The notes: a model not told the origin generated them from the sequence alone. A stretch of DNA of 64,000 bases from Selaginella moellendorffii (GCF_000143415.4 NW_003314293.1:1032628-1096627); one strand, 5' to 3'; positions 12,867 to 27,421 are shown, counted from the first letter of the stretch. Numbers and translations: made by a program.

Positions 12867-14193
12867 TTCCACAGCCGTATACATCAAGGAGGCATTGGGC
12901 CCGTCACTCCGAGATAGTACACCTTTCAACTGGCTGACATAAAATACTGGATGAATTTTCACCCCAGCTGGCAGCCGCACCTGATAAGCCGCTTTACCAA
13001 TGCGCTCCAGCAGTTCATATGGACCAGCATATCGATGGAAAAGTTTATCACTCTTCCCTGTCTGTAAAGGCACCAAGGTGTTCTGCCGCTAACTTGACGA
13101 AAGATCACTCGCACAAAGACGAGATCACCCACTTTATATTCCCGGAATTAGCGATGCTCATTGGCAAACTTCTCCACTCTATCCTGAGCTGCTTGCAAAT
13201 TCCATTTGCACACCACCAAAATCTCATCAAGTTCTGTGGCCAAATCAATTGCCTCGGAATCAAGCTTATCTTGAACGTCCTTACTCAAATGCAAACCCAA
13301 CTCCACCGCTGTTCGAGGATGCCTTCCAAACATGGCAAAATAAGGACTTAGTTTGGTTCCACTGTGTTGGCTATTATTGTAAGCAAACTGCACCAACGGA
13401 AGATATAGATGCCACTGTCCTTGCGTTTGACCAATGCTACAACGTAGCATATCCTCCACCACCTAATTCACACGCTCGGTTTGCCCATCCGTCTGAGGAT
13501 GATCTCCACTCGAGAGTTTCAAAGTCACTTGCATAGCTTTTGCAAAGCTTTTCCAAAATCCACTAGTGAACTTTGAATCTTGATCACTAATGATATCCTC
13601 TGGCAAACTAAAATCAGGAAAAACCTTCTCCAAGTAAACCATAGCCAAGTCTGAGGCAGTGACAGTCTTCCAAAGAGCCAACAACCGCACATACTTCGTC
13701 AACCGATCCACTATGACCCATACTTGCTCCTTTTGCCTCTATGTTCGTGGCAAACAAGTGATGAAGTCCATAGAGATACTACACCAACGGCTCTGAAGAA
13801 TAGGTAAAGGTTGCAAAAGTCCCCCCGGCTTCTCCTGTGGCACCTTGACCCATTGACAAAGCTCACATGATTTACAATACTTGAGGATATCAGCCTTCAT
13901 ATTCCTCTAATAAAAGTTGCGCTTAATCAACTCATACATCCTTTTCCCCCCAAAATGACCAGCCTGTAAACGATCATGATAGTGGAATAAAACTTGAGTA
14001 ATTAACGCATCCACCCGTGGCAAATATACACAGCCATTGTAGTAGAGAATCCCATCCACCAATGAGAAAGGAGCTTCCATTTGGTCTCGCAAAGAGGCCA
14101 CCTCAGCATCCTGAGCCTGAGCATGCTCAACCAACTGCCCAAACTCGCTGACCACCTTACTCAAATGATGACAAAATCGTGTTTGTAACGTCG

Positions 14194-15675
14194 TCACATG
14201 ACGAACACGAGATAACGCATCTGCCACCACATTTGATTTTCCCGGACGATGCTTAATAGGAAACTGTTCAACTCCTTCTGTGTGAAAAGATACACAAGTG
14301 GTTTGTGATCTGTCAACACCACAAACACTGCACCATAAAGATAGTGCCGCCACGTCCGCAAAGCATGAACAATAGAGAGTAACTCTTGCTCATATGTGGA
14401 ATAGCATTGCTCCGCGGAATTCAAAGTTCGACTCTCATATGCAATAGGCTGTCCCTCTTGCATGAGAACTCCTCCTAGTGCATAACCACTCGTATCGCAT
14501 GTCACCTCGTAAGGTTTCGATGGATCAGCAATGCGAAGCACTGGAGTCTCGCTCAACAATCGCTTCAGCACCACAAAACTCTCTTTTTGTGGCTTCTTCC
14601 ATTCGAATGGCACAATCTTGCGTAACAACCGCGTCAAAGGAATAGCCACCTCTGCAAACTTATGCTGGAAACGTCGGTAGTAACTAACCATACCAAGAAA
14701 ACTGCGCAACTCGGCCACCATAGTCGGTGTAGGCCAATTTTCCACCACAGCCACCTTCCTTGGATCTGTCTTGACACCCTTAGATGTCACACTTTGGCCT
14801 AGATATTCCACCTCCGACTTTGCAAATTCACATTTGCTCTTCTTCGCATAAAGTTTGCTGTCTCGGAGTAACAAAAGAACCTTGCGCAAATGCACCCTAT
14901 GCTCCTCCATATTCTTGCTAAAAACAAGAATATCGTCCAAGAAAATCTCTACAAACTCATGAAGATAACACCCAAATACCTCCGTCATTAACCGAGTAAA
15001 TGTGGCCGATGCATTCGTCAAACCAAACGGCATAACTGTAAACTCAAAATGTCCGAAGCTTGTGTTGAATGCCGTCTTGGAGATAGATGCATCATCCATT
15101 GCAATCTGATGATATCCACTCCGCAAATCAATCTTGGTAAACACTCGTGCTTCACCAAGCTTGTCCAGGATATCATCCACACGTGGCATTGGCATCTTAT
15201 CCTTCACTGTCTTCTTGTTCAAAGCGCAGTAGTCAATACACATCCGCATTGAACCATCCTTCTTCTTCACAAGCAAGACCGGAGCACCAAACGGAGACTT
15301 ACTTGGTTGAATAAATCCAAACTCAAGTAACTCCTTGACTTGTCGTTGAACTTCTTGCTCCTCTGCATAACTTAACCGAAATGGACGCCGGTAAATTAGT
15401 CGTGTCCCCAGCTCCAATGTAATCCCATGCTCCACACCTCGTAACGAAGGCAACCCATGAGGAAGTTCAGATGGAAAAACATCAGAAAACTCGTTCAGTA
15501 CATCCCGTACTGCTGCTTCTCCCCCACACGTGCCTTGGTCCCCCAAGTCACGAACAAACAGCAAGTAACTCGAAAGTGCTTTTCCATTACGACAAGCCCG
15601 CTTCAAAAATGTAGCAGAGCATAACAACTGGTGGTTGAACGCCCTCGCCAAACCACACATCTTTAACGCCACCAT
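14194..15675 (-). pseudogene. pol: Gypsy pol fragment (RT and RNase H)
   Basis: [54 protein letters not shown]. Confidence 0.9.
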
Positions 15676-18600
15676 ACTCCAGCAAGATATGCTTAATACT
15701 CCACTTTATCTTTGGATCCACCTTCACCAACCATGGCATCCCGAGAATGAGATTCACACGATGGATATCCATGAGATAAAAAGTCTCCACAAGTGTGGTT
15801 TTGCCAACCAACACTTCCAGCCCCTCGACACAAGCATCGAAATGCTGAGAAGAGGTAGCTACACCTTCCACTGTGTATGGAAGAACGCTGCATGTGACCA
15901 GGCCATGCTCTGCAACAAACTTTGCCGAAACAAAGTTGTCATCGCTCCCACTATCTAGTAAAATCCGCATTGGATCATCACGGAACACGCCCTCCAGCAT
16001 TAAAGCTGATTCACGCATATCCTCGAGCTCCATCTTGTTCCACACAGTTGAGTTGACGAGCAACAATCGAAAGTCGCTTCCTCCGACTGTGGAATGGTCT
16101 TTCTCCTCATCCTCACGCTGCAAAGTTTGCAACTTTTTAATATCTGACTTACCGTGAGAAGAAGATTGGCCATTCTTCTTGTCCTGCTGCTTGTTCTTCA
16201 ACTGCGGACAATTAGCCTTGTAGTGTCCAAGTTCCCCGCAATGATGACAACCCTGTCTATAATTCTTCACAAAGAACTTCTACTTCTTGGACCCCTTTGC
16301 ATCCGAAGTAGTCACCACCGACTTCAACTTGTGATGCTTGTTCCCATCCTTGTGTCCACGGCGATCATCACGACAATTCTCGACAAAAGGACTCTGGGAA
16401 CACTTGCGAGACTTGTGTTTCTCATTGTCAAGTCGACGAGCCGCATCAAAGAGCTCCTCCAAACTCTTTGTAGGCTGAGAATGACGCAAGTGTTGCCGCA
16501 TGCTCTCACTATATAGGCCATCAATGAAGTAGGACTTGTTCTGATCTGGATCCTTTATTGGAACATGACTAATCAAGCGAGTAAGCTTCTCAATATAGTC
16601 CCCAAGTGTCATTTTCCCTTGCTGGAAATGTCGAAGTTCCGTACGAGCATTCTCCACATCGTAATGAGGGGCAAAACATAAACGGAAAGCAGCCTCAAAT
16701 TCATCCATGGTCTAGTGGTTTCTTATCCGCAACACGGGACTCCTCAAGCCAATTCCACCATCGAAGACCCGTATCACGCAAAACCATCGGAATAGCCACT
16801 AAAGCCTCTGCATCTAGAGTTCCTCTAGCAGCCAAGAACTTCTTCACATTGGCTAGCCAAGCGAGACACTCGTTCACACCACCATCACCGGAAAAAGTTG
16901 GAATCTTGAGTCGATATACCAAAGAAGGCTTACTTGGAGCGCTACCCCGTCCAGCCTCGAGTGCCTTAACACGCCCACGCATGGTATCCATCATGCCATA
17001 CATCTCGTCTTGCATCTCTTGCTGATTTCGGTTAAGGGCTCGCAGCTCATGAACCACATCTTGAATGGTCCAAATCTCCGCAGTTTCGTCGGCACCACCA
17101 TTGACAATAGGATTCCAGCATTCAGCTTGGTCGGCCATCGCAACCAACTTCTTTGATACCAATGTTATAATCCGGCGCAAAAAGACAGAGATCTAGTCGC
17201 CCTAGACTATGCTACGCCACCTCTTGAGGTTCCTCACCACCCAACCACCCCCGAGCTACCTCAAAAGCTCCACTGCGCCGCCGCTCCACTGTGAGCCCTA
17301 GGGTAGGTTAAGTCCCTTACCCTAACATGCCTTAATATACCCTTGAGCCTCCCTTTGACTGACGTTGACCACGTAGTCAAAGCTGGCGCCTAACACCATC
17401 TGACTATGGATGATAAGCACTTGTAAAAGTGTGGCGTATCCCAAACCAAGATGTCAAAACATGGAATGCCTCAGCCATAAATGCGGGACCATTATCCAAA
17501 AGAATTCGCTCTGGACAAGAATGCTGGAACACCACTCGATTGAGGAGGAAATATCTAACAGCTATTGTAGAGGTGCTAGCACTCCTAGACGAGGATTCTG
17601 TGCCAACGGCGGTTGATGTACTTGACCGTAGGAGTCAAGTAGTCAGAAGCAATAATAACATACTCATTACCAATAGTCAACCATGGAAAAGGTCCCATCA
17701 AATCAAATGCCACCAACTCAAATGAACGGGAAACTACAATCGACTCCAACCATCCTTCCGCGGCACAAGGGGTAGTATTATGAGCTTGGCACCAAACGCA
17801 ACTACATACATACTGGATAATATCACGTCACATCTTTGGCCAATAGAAAGACCTGCATAGCTTCTCGGTCACACGATGATGTCCCATATGCCCACCTAGA
17901 AGAAGAGAATCATGGTAGGCATGGAGAAACCGCAGAATAAAGACAAAAGGCACCACCAACCATAAATGATCATCAAGATTTGTCCCCACAAAATAAAGAA
18001 GGCCATCTTCAAGGTGATATTGAGAATGTAAATGCCGGAAAGGTAAATCATTAGCAAGTGATGCAGAATTTTCAAACCCATCTCTAAGCCTTCGAATCCA
18101 CGGCTCAATCTTTTGAGCCTCGCGAACCTCATCAAGAGAAGGTACATCTTGCTCTGCACCTTATGGATACTGAATATCAAGTATAGCAACCACCGTCGGC
18201 ACAGAATCTTCGTCTAGAAAATCCATAGATGCTGGAACAATAAGCTCATCAGAAACATGAGAAGAGAGTGGAGAAGGAAGAAGAGCTCGAGAAAGGGCAT
18301 CAGCATCAACCATAGAACTCCCTGGGCGATGAACAACATCAAAATCATTTATCTGAAGTTTCAAAGCCCACCAAGCAGTACGACCAAGCAAGTTCTTCCG
18401 CTTCAATAATGAAGTAACAGCAACATAATCACCATCAAGTAACGTCCGAGAACCATGTAGATATGCATAAAGTTTCTTGAAACCCCAAACTGCTGCTAAA
18501 CACTACTTCTTTGTCGTGGAGTAGTTCATCTCTGCAGGTTGTAATGTACGGCTTATATACACAATGGGATGGCACTGACCAGGCACACTCGAGCTCTCTT

Positions 18601-20713
18601 GCATCAACAAACCTCCAAGACCAATGTCAGAAGCATTCATGCACAAAATAAAAGGTCGAGTGTAGTTGGGATATGCCAAAAAAGGAGGAGTCATCAATAG
18701 CTCTTTAAGATCCACAAACACCCACTCACAATCCGAAGACCAGATGAAAGACGACATTGATGACTTCAACAACGCTCACAATGGTGCAATGTGATCAGAA
18801 AGATGATCCATAAAACAACCAAGATATTGCACCTTGCCCAAGAAGCACTACACATCATTCACACACTTTGGAGTAGGAAACTTTAGAACAGCCACAAGTT
18901 TGTCAAGATCAACTTGCAAACCCTCACGAAAAATACAGTACCCAAAATAAGTTGTGTCCTTGGACCCAAACATGCACTTCGACCGCTTCAGCTTTAAACC
19001 TATATCGTGTAACTAATCCAACACTTTAAAAATATCATGAATGTGCTCCTCCCACATCCCCTCCGAGTGGATCATCAATGAAGTCAGCAGTCACCTCTAG
19101 CATATCGCAAAGAACCTTGTCCATCATTCGATGGAAAGTTGCTGGAGCATTGTTCAAACCAAATAGCATCACTAAGAACTCGTACAAATCGAATGGTGTA
19201 CGAAAAGCAGTCTTAGGAATATCTTCTTCGGCCATCGGTACTTGCTAGTACCCAAAAGCAAAGTCTAGCTTGGTGAACCAATGATTTTGCCCCAGACGAT
19301 CCAAGAGATTAGTAGTGTGAGGGAGAGGGTACACATCCGGGATCATCACTTCGTTTAACGAATGATAGTCGATGCAGAAACGAATACTCCCATCAGGCTT
19401 CATCACAAGATGAGGTTCACATGCCCAAGGACTCCGCGACTTCCAAATAACACCCTTCTCCAACATCTCTTTGACATTTGCACATAAAATCTTGATCTCC
19501 TTTGGTGACCGATGACGAACATGAACCTTGATTGGATGAGCATCCCCGGTTGGAATCGGATGACGTGTGGCAATCTTAGCCCTAAATGATAGGTCAATTT
19601 CAAAGAGATCAAAATACTTCTTCATGAGCCAGTCAACCGCTGCAACACAAAGATCGTTGGAGGGATCAGAAAAGGGAAGAGCAGAACAAGAGGGAAATAT
19701 AGGAGGAAACATAAGGGGAACAAAAATAATGGAAGCAGAGGTAAAAGTAGAGGGACAAAGAAGTACACAAGTGAGAGGAATGGATGAAATATAAGGAAGT
19801 ATGAAACAAGGGGGAGAAGCCTTAAAGTCACACTTGGCATGATTATGCTGCAACCAATCCTTACCAAGAATGAGGTCAAAAGATTGACTCAACACCACTT
19901 GCAATGACTACTCAAGCTTGAGATTGCCCACACGCACAACCAGGTCCGCCTCATCCCATGCACATGCATGTGTACGGCCATTGCCATAAAGAATGAAAAC
20001 TGGTTCCGCCGCACGATACAAGTGTAGATGACAATGTGTGGCAACAGGTCGAGTAATAGAAGATAAACTCGAACCTGTATCATGACCACATCCTCGCCCT
20101 TGTCCTTGGACTTGAGCAGCAGCAGCATCAACCTCTATTGGAATAGGACTATCACTCATAGGAAGTAGAACTGAAGGACGTGCAATGAGAAGTGGAAGAG
20201 GCAACATCTCATAACGTTGTACCAAACGAAGAGCATCATCAAGGGTGGCAGGAGCAAGTGCATGCACAAGTCCAACAAGATCTTGACGAAGTGCTAGCCA
20301 CAACATTCCTAGCTTGATCCGCTCTAACATATTGGGCTTCGCACGAAGCAAAAGACTTCGGAAATGAATGCCAAATTGCATCACCGACTTAAATGGCCCT
20401 TGGCGAAGATGATGCAATTGTTTTAAGGCATTATCACAGTCGTTGGCATGTTCAAAGGCGTGTTTGAAGATGTCTAGGAGAACACTCCAATCCCCACGAG
20501 TGGCTGCGCTCAAATCATTGTAGCACTACAATGCTGTCCCTTGGAGACACGTGGGAAACTCACGCAAACGTTGAGCATCATCCCAAGAATGATATGTGGC
20601 AATCACCGTGAAGTGATCGAACTAATGGTACTCATCATCTCCGGGATTCCTGCAAAAGAACTCTGGCCGAACGCGAGGATTGGCACGAAGAGCAGGAGGA
20701 GTTGTACCACGTG

Positions 20714-23700
20714 TGTTAGGCGCCAGCTTTGACTACGTGGTCAACATCAGTCAAAGGGAGGTTCAAGGGTATATTAAGGCATGTTAGGGTAAGGGACTAA
20801 CCTACCCTAGGGCTCACAGTGGAGCGGCGGCGCAATGGAGCTTTTGAGGTAGCTCGGGGGTGGTTGGGTGGTGAGGAACCTCAAGAGGTGGCGTAGCATA
20901 GTCTAAGGCGACTAGATCTCTGTCTTTTTGCACCGGATCATAACATTGGTATTAGAGGAGTTGGTTGCAATGGCCGACCAAGATGAACGCTGGAATCCTA
21001 TTGTTGATGGTGGTGCCAACAATGGTGCCAACGAAGCTGCGAAGATTTGGACCATTCAAGATGTGGTTCATGAGCTGCGAGCCCTTAACCGAAATCAGCA
21101 AGAGATGCAAGACGAGATGCATGGCATGATGGATACCATGCGTGGGCATGTTGAGGCACTCGAGGCTGGACGGGGTAGCGCTCCAAGTAAGCCTTCTTTG
21201 GTAGATCGACTCAAGATTCCAACTTTTTCCGGTGATGGTGGTGTGAACGAGTGTCTCGCTTGGCTAGCCAATGTGAAGAAGTTCTTGGCTGCTAGAGGAA
21301 CTCTAGATGCAAAGGCTTTAGTGGCTATTCCGATGGTTTTGCGTGATGCAGGTCTTCGATCGTGGAATTGGCTTGAGGAGTCCTGTGTTGTGGATAAGAA
21401 ACCACCAGTCTACCATGGATGAGTTTGAGACTGCTTTCTGTTTATGTTTTGCCCCTCATTATAACGTGGAGAATGCTCGTACAGAACTTCGACATTTCTA
21501 GCAAGGGAAAATGACGCTTGGGGACTATATTGAGAAGCTTACTCGCTTGATTAGTCATGTTCCAACAAAGGATCCAGATCAGAACAAGTCCTACTTCATT
21601 GATGGCCTACATAGTGAGAGCATGCGGCAAAACTTGCGTCATTCTCAGCCTACAAAGTGTTTGGAGGAGCTCTTTTATGCGGCTCGTTGACTTGACAATG
21701 ATAAACACAAGTCTCGCAAGCGTTCCCAGAGTCCTTCTGTTGAGAATCGTCGTGATGATCGCCGTGGACACAAGGATGGGAACAGGCATCACAAGTTGAA
21801 GTCAGTGGTGACTACTTCGGATGCAAAGGGGTCCAAAAAGCAGAAGTTCTTTGTGAAGAATTATAGACAGGGTTGTCATCATTGCGGGGAACTTGGACAC
21901 TACAAGGCTAATTGTCCGCAGTTGAAGAACAAGCAGCAGGACAAGAAGAATGGCCAATCTTCTTCTCACGGTAAGTCAGATATTAAAAAGTTGCAAACTT
22001 TGCAGCGTGAGGATGAGGAGAACGACCATTCCAGTCGGAGGAAGCGACTTTCAATCGTTGCTCGTCAACTCAACTGTGTGGAACAAGATGGAGCTCGAGG
22101 ATATGCATGAATCAGCTTTAATGTTGGAGGGCGTGTTCCGTGGCGATTCAGTGTGGATTTTACTGGATAGTGGGAGCGATGACAACTTTGTTTCGGCAAA
22201 GTTTGTTGCTGAGCATGGCTTGGTCACACGCGGAGTTCTTCCATACACAGTGGAAGGTGCAGCTACCTCTGCTCAGCATTTCGATGCTTGTGTTGAGGGG
22301 CTGGAAGTGTTGGTTGGCAAAACCACACTTGTGGAGACTTTTTATCTTGCGGATATCCATCGTGTGGATGTCATCCTTGGGATGCCATAGTTGGTGAAGG
22401 TGGATCCAGAGATAAAGTGGAGTATTAAGCATATCTCGCTGGAGTATGGTGGCGTTAAAGACGTGTGGTTTGGCGAGGGCGTTCAACCCCCAGTTGTTAT
22501 GCTGTCTACTACATCTTTGAAGTTGGTTTGTCGTAATCGAAAAGCACTTTCTAGTTACTTGCTGTTTGTTCGTGACTTAGGGGACCAAGGCACATGTGGG
22601 GGAGAAGCAGCAATACGGGATGTACTAGATGAGCTTTCTGATGTTTTTCCACATGAAGTTCCTCATGGGTTGCCTCCGTTACGAGGTGTGGAGCATGGGA
22701 TTACATTGGAGCCGGGGATGCGGCCAATTTACCGGCGTCTATTTCAGTTAAGTTATGCGGAGGAGCAAGAAGTTCAATGACAAGTCAAGGAGTTACTTGA
22801 GTTTAGATTCATTCAGCCAAGTAAGTCCCCGTTTGGTGCTCCGGTCTTGCTTGTGAAGAAGAAGGATGGTTCAATGTGGATGTGTATTGACTACCGCACT
22901 TTGAAAAAGAAGACAATGAAGGATAAGATGCCGATGCCACGTGTGGATGATATCTTGGACAAGCTTGGTGAAGCACGAGTGTTTACCAAGATTGATCTGA
23001 GGAGTGGATATCATCAGATTGCAATGGATGATGCATCTATCTCCAAGACGGCATTCAACACAAGCTTCAGACATTTTGAGTTTACAGTTATGCCGTTTGG
23101 TTTGACGAATGCACCGAACAGTTTCCTATTAAGCATCGTCCGGGAAAATCAAATGTGGTGGCAGATGCGTTATCTCGTGTTCGTCATGTGACAACGTTAC
23201 AAACACGATTTTGTCATCATTTGAGTAAGGTGGTCAGCGAGTTTGGGCAGTTGGTTGAGCATGCTTAGGCTCAGGATGCTGAGGTGGCCTCTTTGCGAGA
23301 CCAAATGGAAGCTCCTTTCTCATTGGTGGATGGGATTCTCTACTACAATGGCTGTGTATATTTGCCACAGGTGGATGCGTTAATTACTCAAGTTTTATTC
23401 CACTATCATGATCGTTTACAGGCTGGTCATTTTGGGGGGAAAAGGATGTATGAGTTGATTAAGCACAGCTTTTATTAGAGGAATATGAAGGCTGATATCC
23501 TCAAGTATTGTAAATCATGTGAGCTTTGTCAGCGGGTTAAGGTGCCATGGGAGAAGCCGGGGGGACTTCTGCAACCTTTACCTATTCCTCAGAGCCGTTG
23601 GTGTAGTATCTCTATGGACTTCATCACTTGTTTGCCACGAACACAGAGGCAAAAGGAGCAAGTATGGGTCATAGTGGATCGGTTGACAAAGTATGTGCGG

Positions 23701-24838
23701 TTGTTGGCTCTTCGGAAGACTGTCATTGCCTCAGACTTGGCTGCGGTTTACTTGGAGAAGGTTTTTCCTGATTTTGGTTTGCCGGAGGATATCATTAGTG
23801 ATCGAGATTCAAAGTTCACTAATGGATTTTGGAAAAGCTTTGCAAAGGCTATGCAAGTGACTTTGAAACTCTCGAGTGGAGATCATCCTCAGATGGATGG
23901 GCAAACTGAGCGTGTGAATCAGGTGGTGGAGGATATGCTACGTTGTAGCATTGGTCAAAGGCAAGGACAATGGGATTTATATCTTTTGTTGGTGCAATTT
24001 TCTTACAACAATAGCTAGTGGAACCAAGCTAAGTCCTTATTTTGCCATGTTTGGAAGGCATCCTCAAAGCGCGGTGGAGTTGGGTTTGCATTTGAGTAAG
24101 AACGTTCAAGATAAGCTTGATTTCGAGGCAACTGATTTGGCCATAGAACTTGATGAGATTTTGGTGGTGTGCAAACGGAATTTGCAAGAAGCTCAGGATA
24201 GAGCGGAGAAGTTTGCCAATGAGCATCATCAATTCCGGGAATACAAGGTGGGTGATCTCGTCTTTGTGCGAGTGATCTTTCCGTCAAGTGAGCAGCAGAA
24301 CACCTTGGTGCCTTTACAGACAGGGAAGAGTGATAAGCTTTCCCATCGATATGCTAGTCCATATGAAGTGCTGGAGCGCATTAGTAAAGCGGCTTATCGG
24401 GTGTGGCTGCCAGCTGGGGTGAAAATTCATCCGGTATTTTATGTTAGCCAGTTGAAAGGTGTACTATCTCGAAGTGACGGGCCTAATGCCTCCTTGATGT
24501 AGACGGCTGTGGAAGATGGATCAGGAGCTTGAGCAGGGTTCCCCAAAAAGGGTGATCACCAGTACAACTCGTCCTTGGGACAAGGACTTTGTTGGGGGGG
24601 AAGAATTGTTAAGCGCCAGCTTTGACTATGTGGTCAACGTCAGTCAAAGAGAGGCTCAAGGGTATATTAAGGCATGTTAGGTTAAGGGACTAACCTACCC
24701 TAGGGCTCACAGTGGAGTGGTGGCACAGTGGAGCTTTTGAGGTAGCTCGGGGGTGGTTGGGTGGTGAGGAACCTCAAGAGGTGGTGTAGCATAGTCTAGG
24801 GTGATTAGATCTTTGTCTTTTTGCGCCAGATCATAATA
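20714..24838 (+). mobile_element. Ty3/Gypsy LTR retrotransposon, young copy 2 (same family as 12520-17395, opposite orientation, RT C-terminus and RNase H deleted)
   Basis: LTRs 20714-20945 and 24607-24838; TSD ACGTG/ATGTG; deletion junction at ~23115 (MPFGLTNAP|NSF). Confidence 0.95.
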
Positions 24839-25359
24839 ATGTGCTGTGAATGCCACCATCAATTGAGTTTGGTTGTTCAATTGCAAGCGTATAGCATCAA
24901 GCAATTGGACCAACTATTCTGCAGAGTCAAAGGAGGAGATTGCTGATCTGCCATGAAGATGAACGAAAAAGAAAGAGCAAAAGAAGAGAATTGACAAAAA
25001 GCTAAAAGGAAATGGTAGATTTAGACAATACGAAAAACTAGATCTAAACCAAAATCCTGAAAGGGAAGAACAAAAGAAAGGAAATAGAAAAAACTAGATC
25101 TAGATGATGCAAAAGCTAGATCTAAACCAAAATCCCAAATTCAAGCACTCCTCTAGGACAATCAAAGGTGCCCCTCATCTCCACCAATGTGAATGCTTGG
25201 AATATGGAAAGGGAATATAAAAAATGTGCATATCCATTAGCCCAGAAAACCCTAACTTATATACAGGAGCAAGTAGTCCGGATTTAAATCAATCTGACAG
25301 CTACTAAAATCCTAATACGCTAATATTAGTATACGGCATCGTAGCTATACACTTGGCCC

Positions 25360-25538
25360 TCACACACATACACACACAGACACAGAGATATATATATATG
25401 TATATATATGTATATATGTATGTATGTATATATGGTTGTATGTATGTATGTATGTGTATATGTGTATATGTATATATGTGTATGTATGTATATATGTGTA
25501 TGTATGTATATATGTGTATGTATATATATATGTGTATG

Positions 25539-25571
<33 letters not shown>

Positions 25572-25620
25572 CTGTGTGTGTGTGTGTGTGTGTATATGTA
25601 TATGTATGTATGTATGTATT
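25360..25620. repeat. Compound CA/TA/TATG/TG microsatellite
   Basis: Directly visible. Confidence 0.95.
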
Positions 25621-26503
25621 TATAAACCTTACAACTATTTTTTAATATAAAACTATAAAAATAAATAATGCTACCAATTAGTAATAAAGAACAAATTCAG
25701 CAAATGATTGTAATTCTAAATGATTTAATTAAACTTGTAGATTAAGTTTAAAATATATGATGTTATAAAGTTCATGGTTTGCACATTTCAAGTGTAATTA
25801 TTTTATTTATTTATTATTAAATTTTATAGAAACATATAATACACAATTAGTTATGTGGTACTATATTTTTCTTCATTTTTTACTTTCATTTTAACTTGAA
25901 GTGATAACTTCATTATTCACTCAAATATATACAACTAAATGAAATTTCACTTTCATTTCTAACAAGTATATGTATCTATAATACAGTACCTTTTCTACTT
26001 TTCCCAGGATCGTTTTTAGTATCATACTCCCTTCAGTAAATCTGCTTTTTGTGTCACTTATTCTTGTTTTAGAATATTATTTATGAATATGCTTTCAATT
26101 GGAAGGTTAATATTTGAAAGCTTTGGATTAAAACCCTATGCCAAAAAGCGCTTCAGTTCAAGCTCTCTCCTTTGACAGGATCTTCATCATTTCAATAGGT
26201 TATAGTTTCTGGGCTGCATTTTGCATTCAACACAGTTACTCCCGATAGAAATTGCAATGGCAGCAGATAGGAGTGTTTGGCACAAGCAACTCAAGGTATT
26301 TAACAAGTGTGGATTTTTGTCGTATGTCAAAGGTGAGCCTTCTTAGAACAAAAGAAACCATTTTTGGCTCTCAACTAAGCCAAAGGACATGCTAGTGCAT
26401 AGATTCAAATTGGAAAAAGACTTTGGCCTTCCAATGGTGGAACTATGACAGATCGAAGCCTTGGAATCATTAAAGATTCTAAAGTCTTCTAGATCTGTAA
26501 GAA

Positions 26504-26504
<1 letters not shown>

Positions 26505-26541
<37 letters not shown>
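26505..26541 (+). repeat. (CT)n microsatellite
   Basis: Directly visible. Confidence 0.95.
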
Positions 26542-26544
<3 letters not shown>

Positions 26545-27134
26545 TGTGTTGTTATATTATATTATGCCAGGAGTCTTGGACAAGGATTCCTTGAGACATG
26601 TGCTCAATTTACACTTAGTGTGTGAAAATGTTACATATCAAAACATTCCTTTTTTCCTTTCCTTTCTCCCAAAGAGGGGTGTTACCATAGTCTCTCTCTC
26701 TCCCCTTTTATTTCTGTACATTGTTTTACTCTATACGTTCCCAAGATCTCTCCATATCACTTGCCAACTCTATTGGGGGAGGTAGTCCCTTATGTGCCAT
26801 TGCATACCATATGGTATACAGGAGAGGAAGGCACTAAATAGTAGATTTCCATGTTCAAAAATCCAGTTTTTTGTTGATGATCCAAGTATCACTCAAGTTC
26901 CAAGCTCTGAAACAGCATGAGGATATAAAAGCATACAAATACAAAAATTTGAAAGTAAATAATGCAACTCACTCCATCCCAGTCCAGTAATCATAGTGAT
27001 CACCCCAGGGGCACAGGATCATAGTACTAAAAGACTGAGTGCTTCAGCCAATAGTGTTGGGGGGAGGTGCCTCCCCCAACGCTCGCTCAAACACAAGAAG
27101 TGCTTCAATACTCTTCACAAAAATGTCCCCCCCC

Positions 27135-27421
27135 ATGCTTTATTTCGTTAAAGTGGAACTTTTCATTATCCCACTTATGGTGTGTGGCCACATGCCATTT
27201 TTATAACAACAATAAAAAATTGAAGTTTTAGCTTTATAATTTATAAATTAAAAACTTTTCATATGATTTTGTGTTATAATATTGTGAAATATAAAAAATA
27301 AATTAAAAAACTGATAGAAATATTAATAAATATTAATTAAGTACTAGGAAATGGCATGTGGACACATGCTAATTAATGTCCCACTTTACTGAGTAAGTTC
27401 CACTTTAACGAAATAAAGCAT
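27135..27421. mobile_element. MITE related to family-1 elements
   Basis: Perfect 27-bp TIR ATGCTTTATTTCGTTAAAGTGGAACTT; AT-rich interior; absent from the sister LTR at ~45505; family-1 palindromes at 27177 and 27351. Confidence 0.9.

Larger units (their letters stand above)
12520..17395 (-). mobile_element. Ty3/Gypsy LTR retrotransposon, young copy 1
   Basis: LTRs 12520-12752 and 17163-17395 (TG...CA); 5-bp TSD CCATC; tRNA-iMet-type PBS TGGTATCAAAG; gag knuckle CHHCGELGHYKANC; protease LLDSG; RT/RNase H ORF 14194-15675; integrase 12880-13850. Confidence 0.95.
12430..25364 (-). mobile_element. Older Ty3/Gypsy element split by two younger insertions
   Basis: 5' LTR 25188-25364 with PBS. gag 19908-20513; RT 19000-19600 (IRFCIDYHSLN, FTKLDFAFGY, FIDD); RNase H 18400-18770; integrase 17401-18100, continuing at 12430-12519 (DGLVEWLVRTFKGMI). 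Confidence 0.75.

Noticed and set aside
25353-25650. Y/M/C/V-rich ORFs
   Set aside because: Translations of a microsatellite.
26180-26496. Possible host exon (TTGACAG...GTAAG) in AT-rich DNA
   Set aside because: All three frames contain stops and no recognisable motif.
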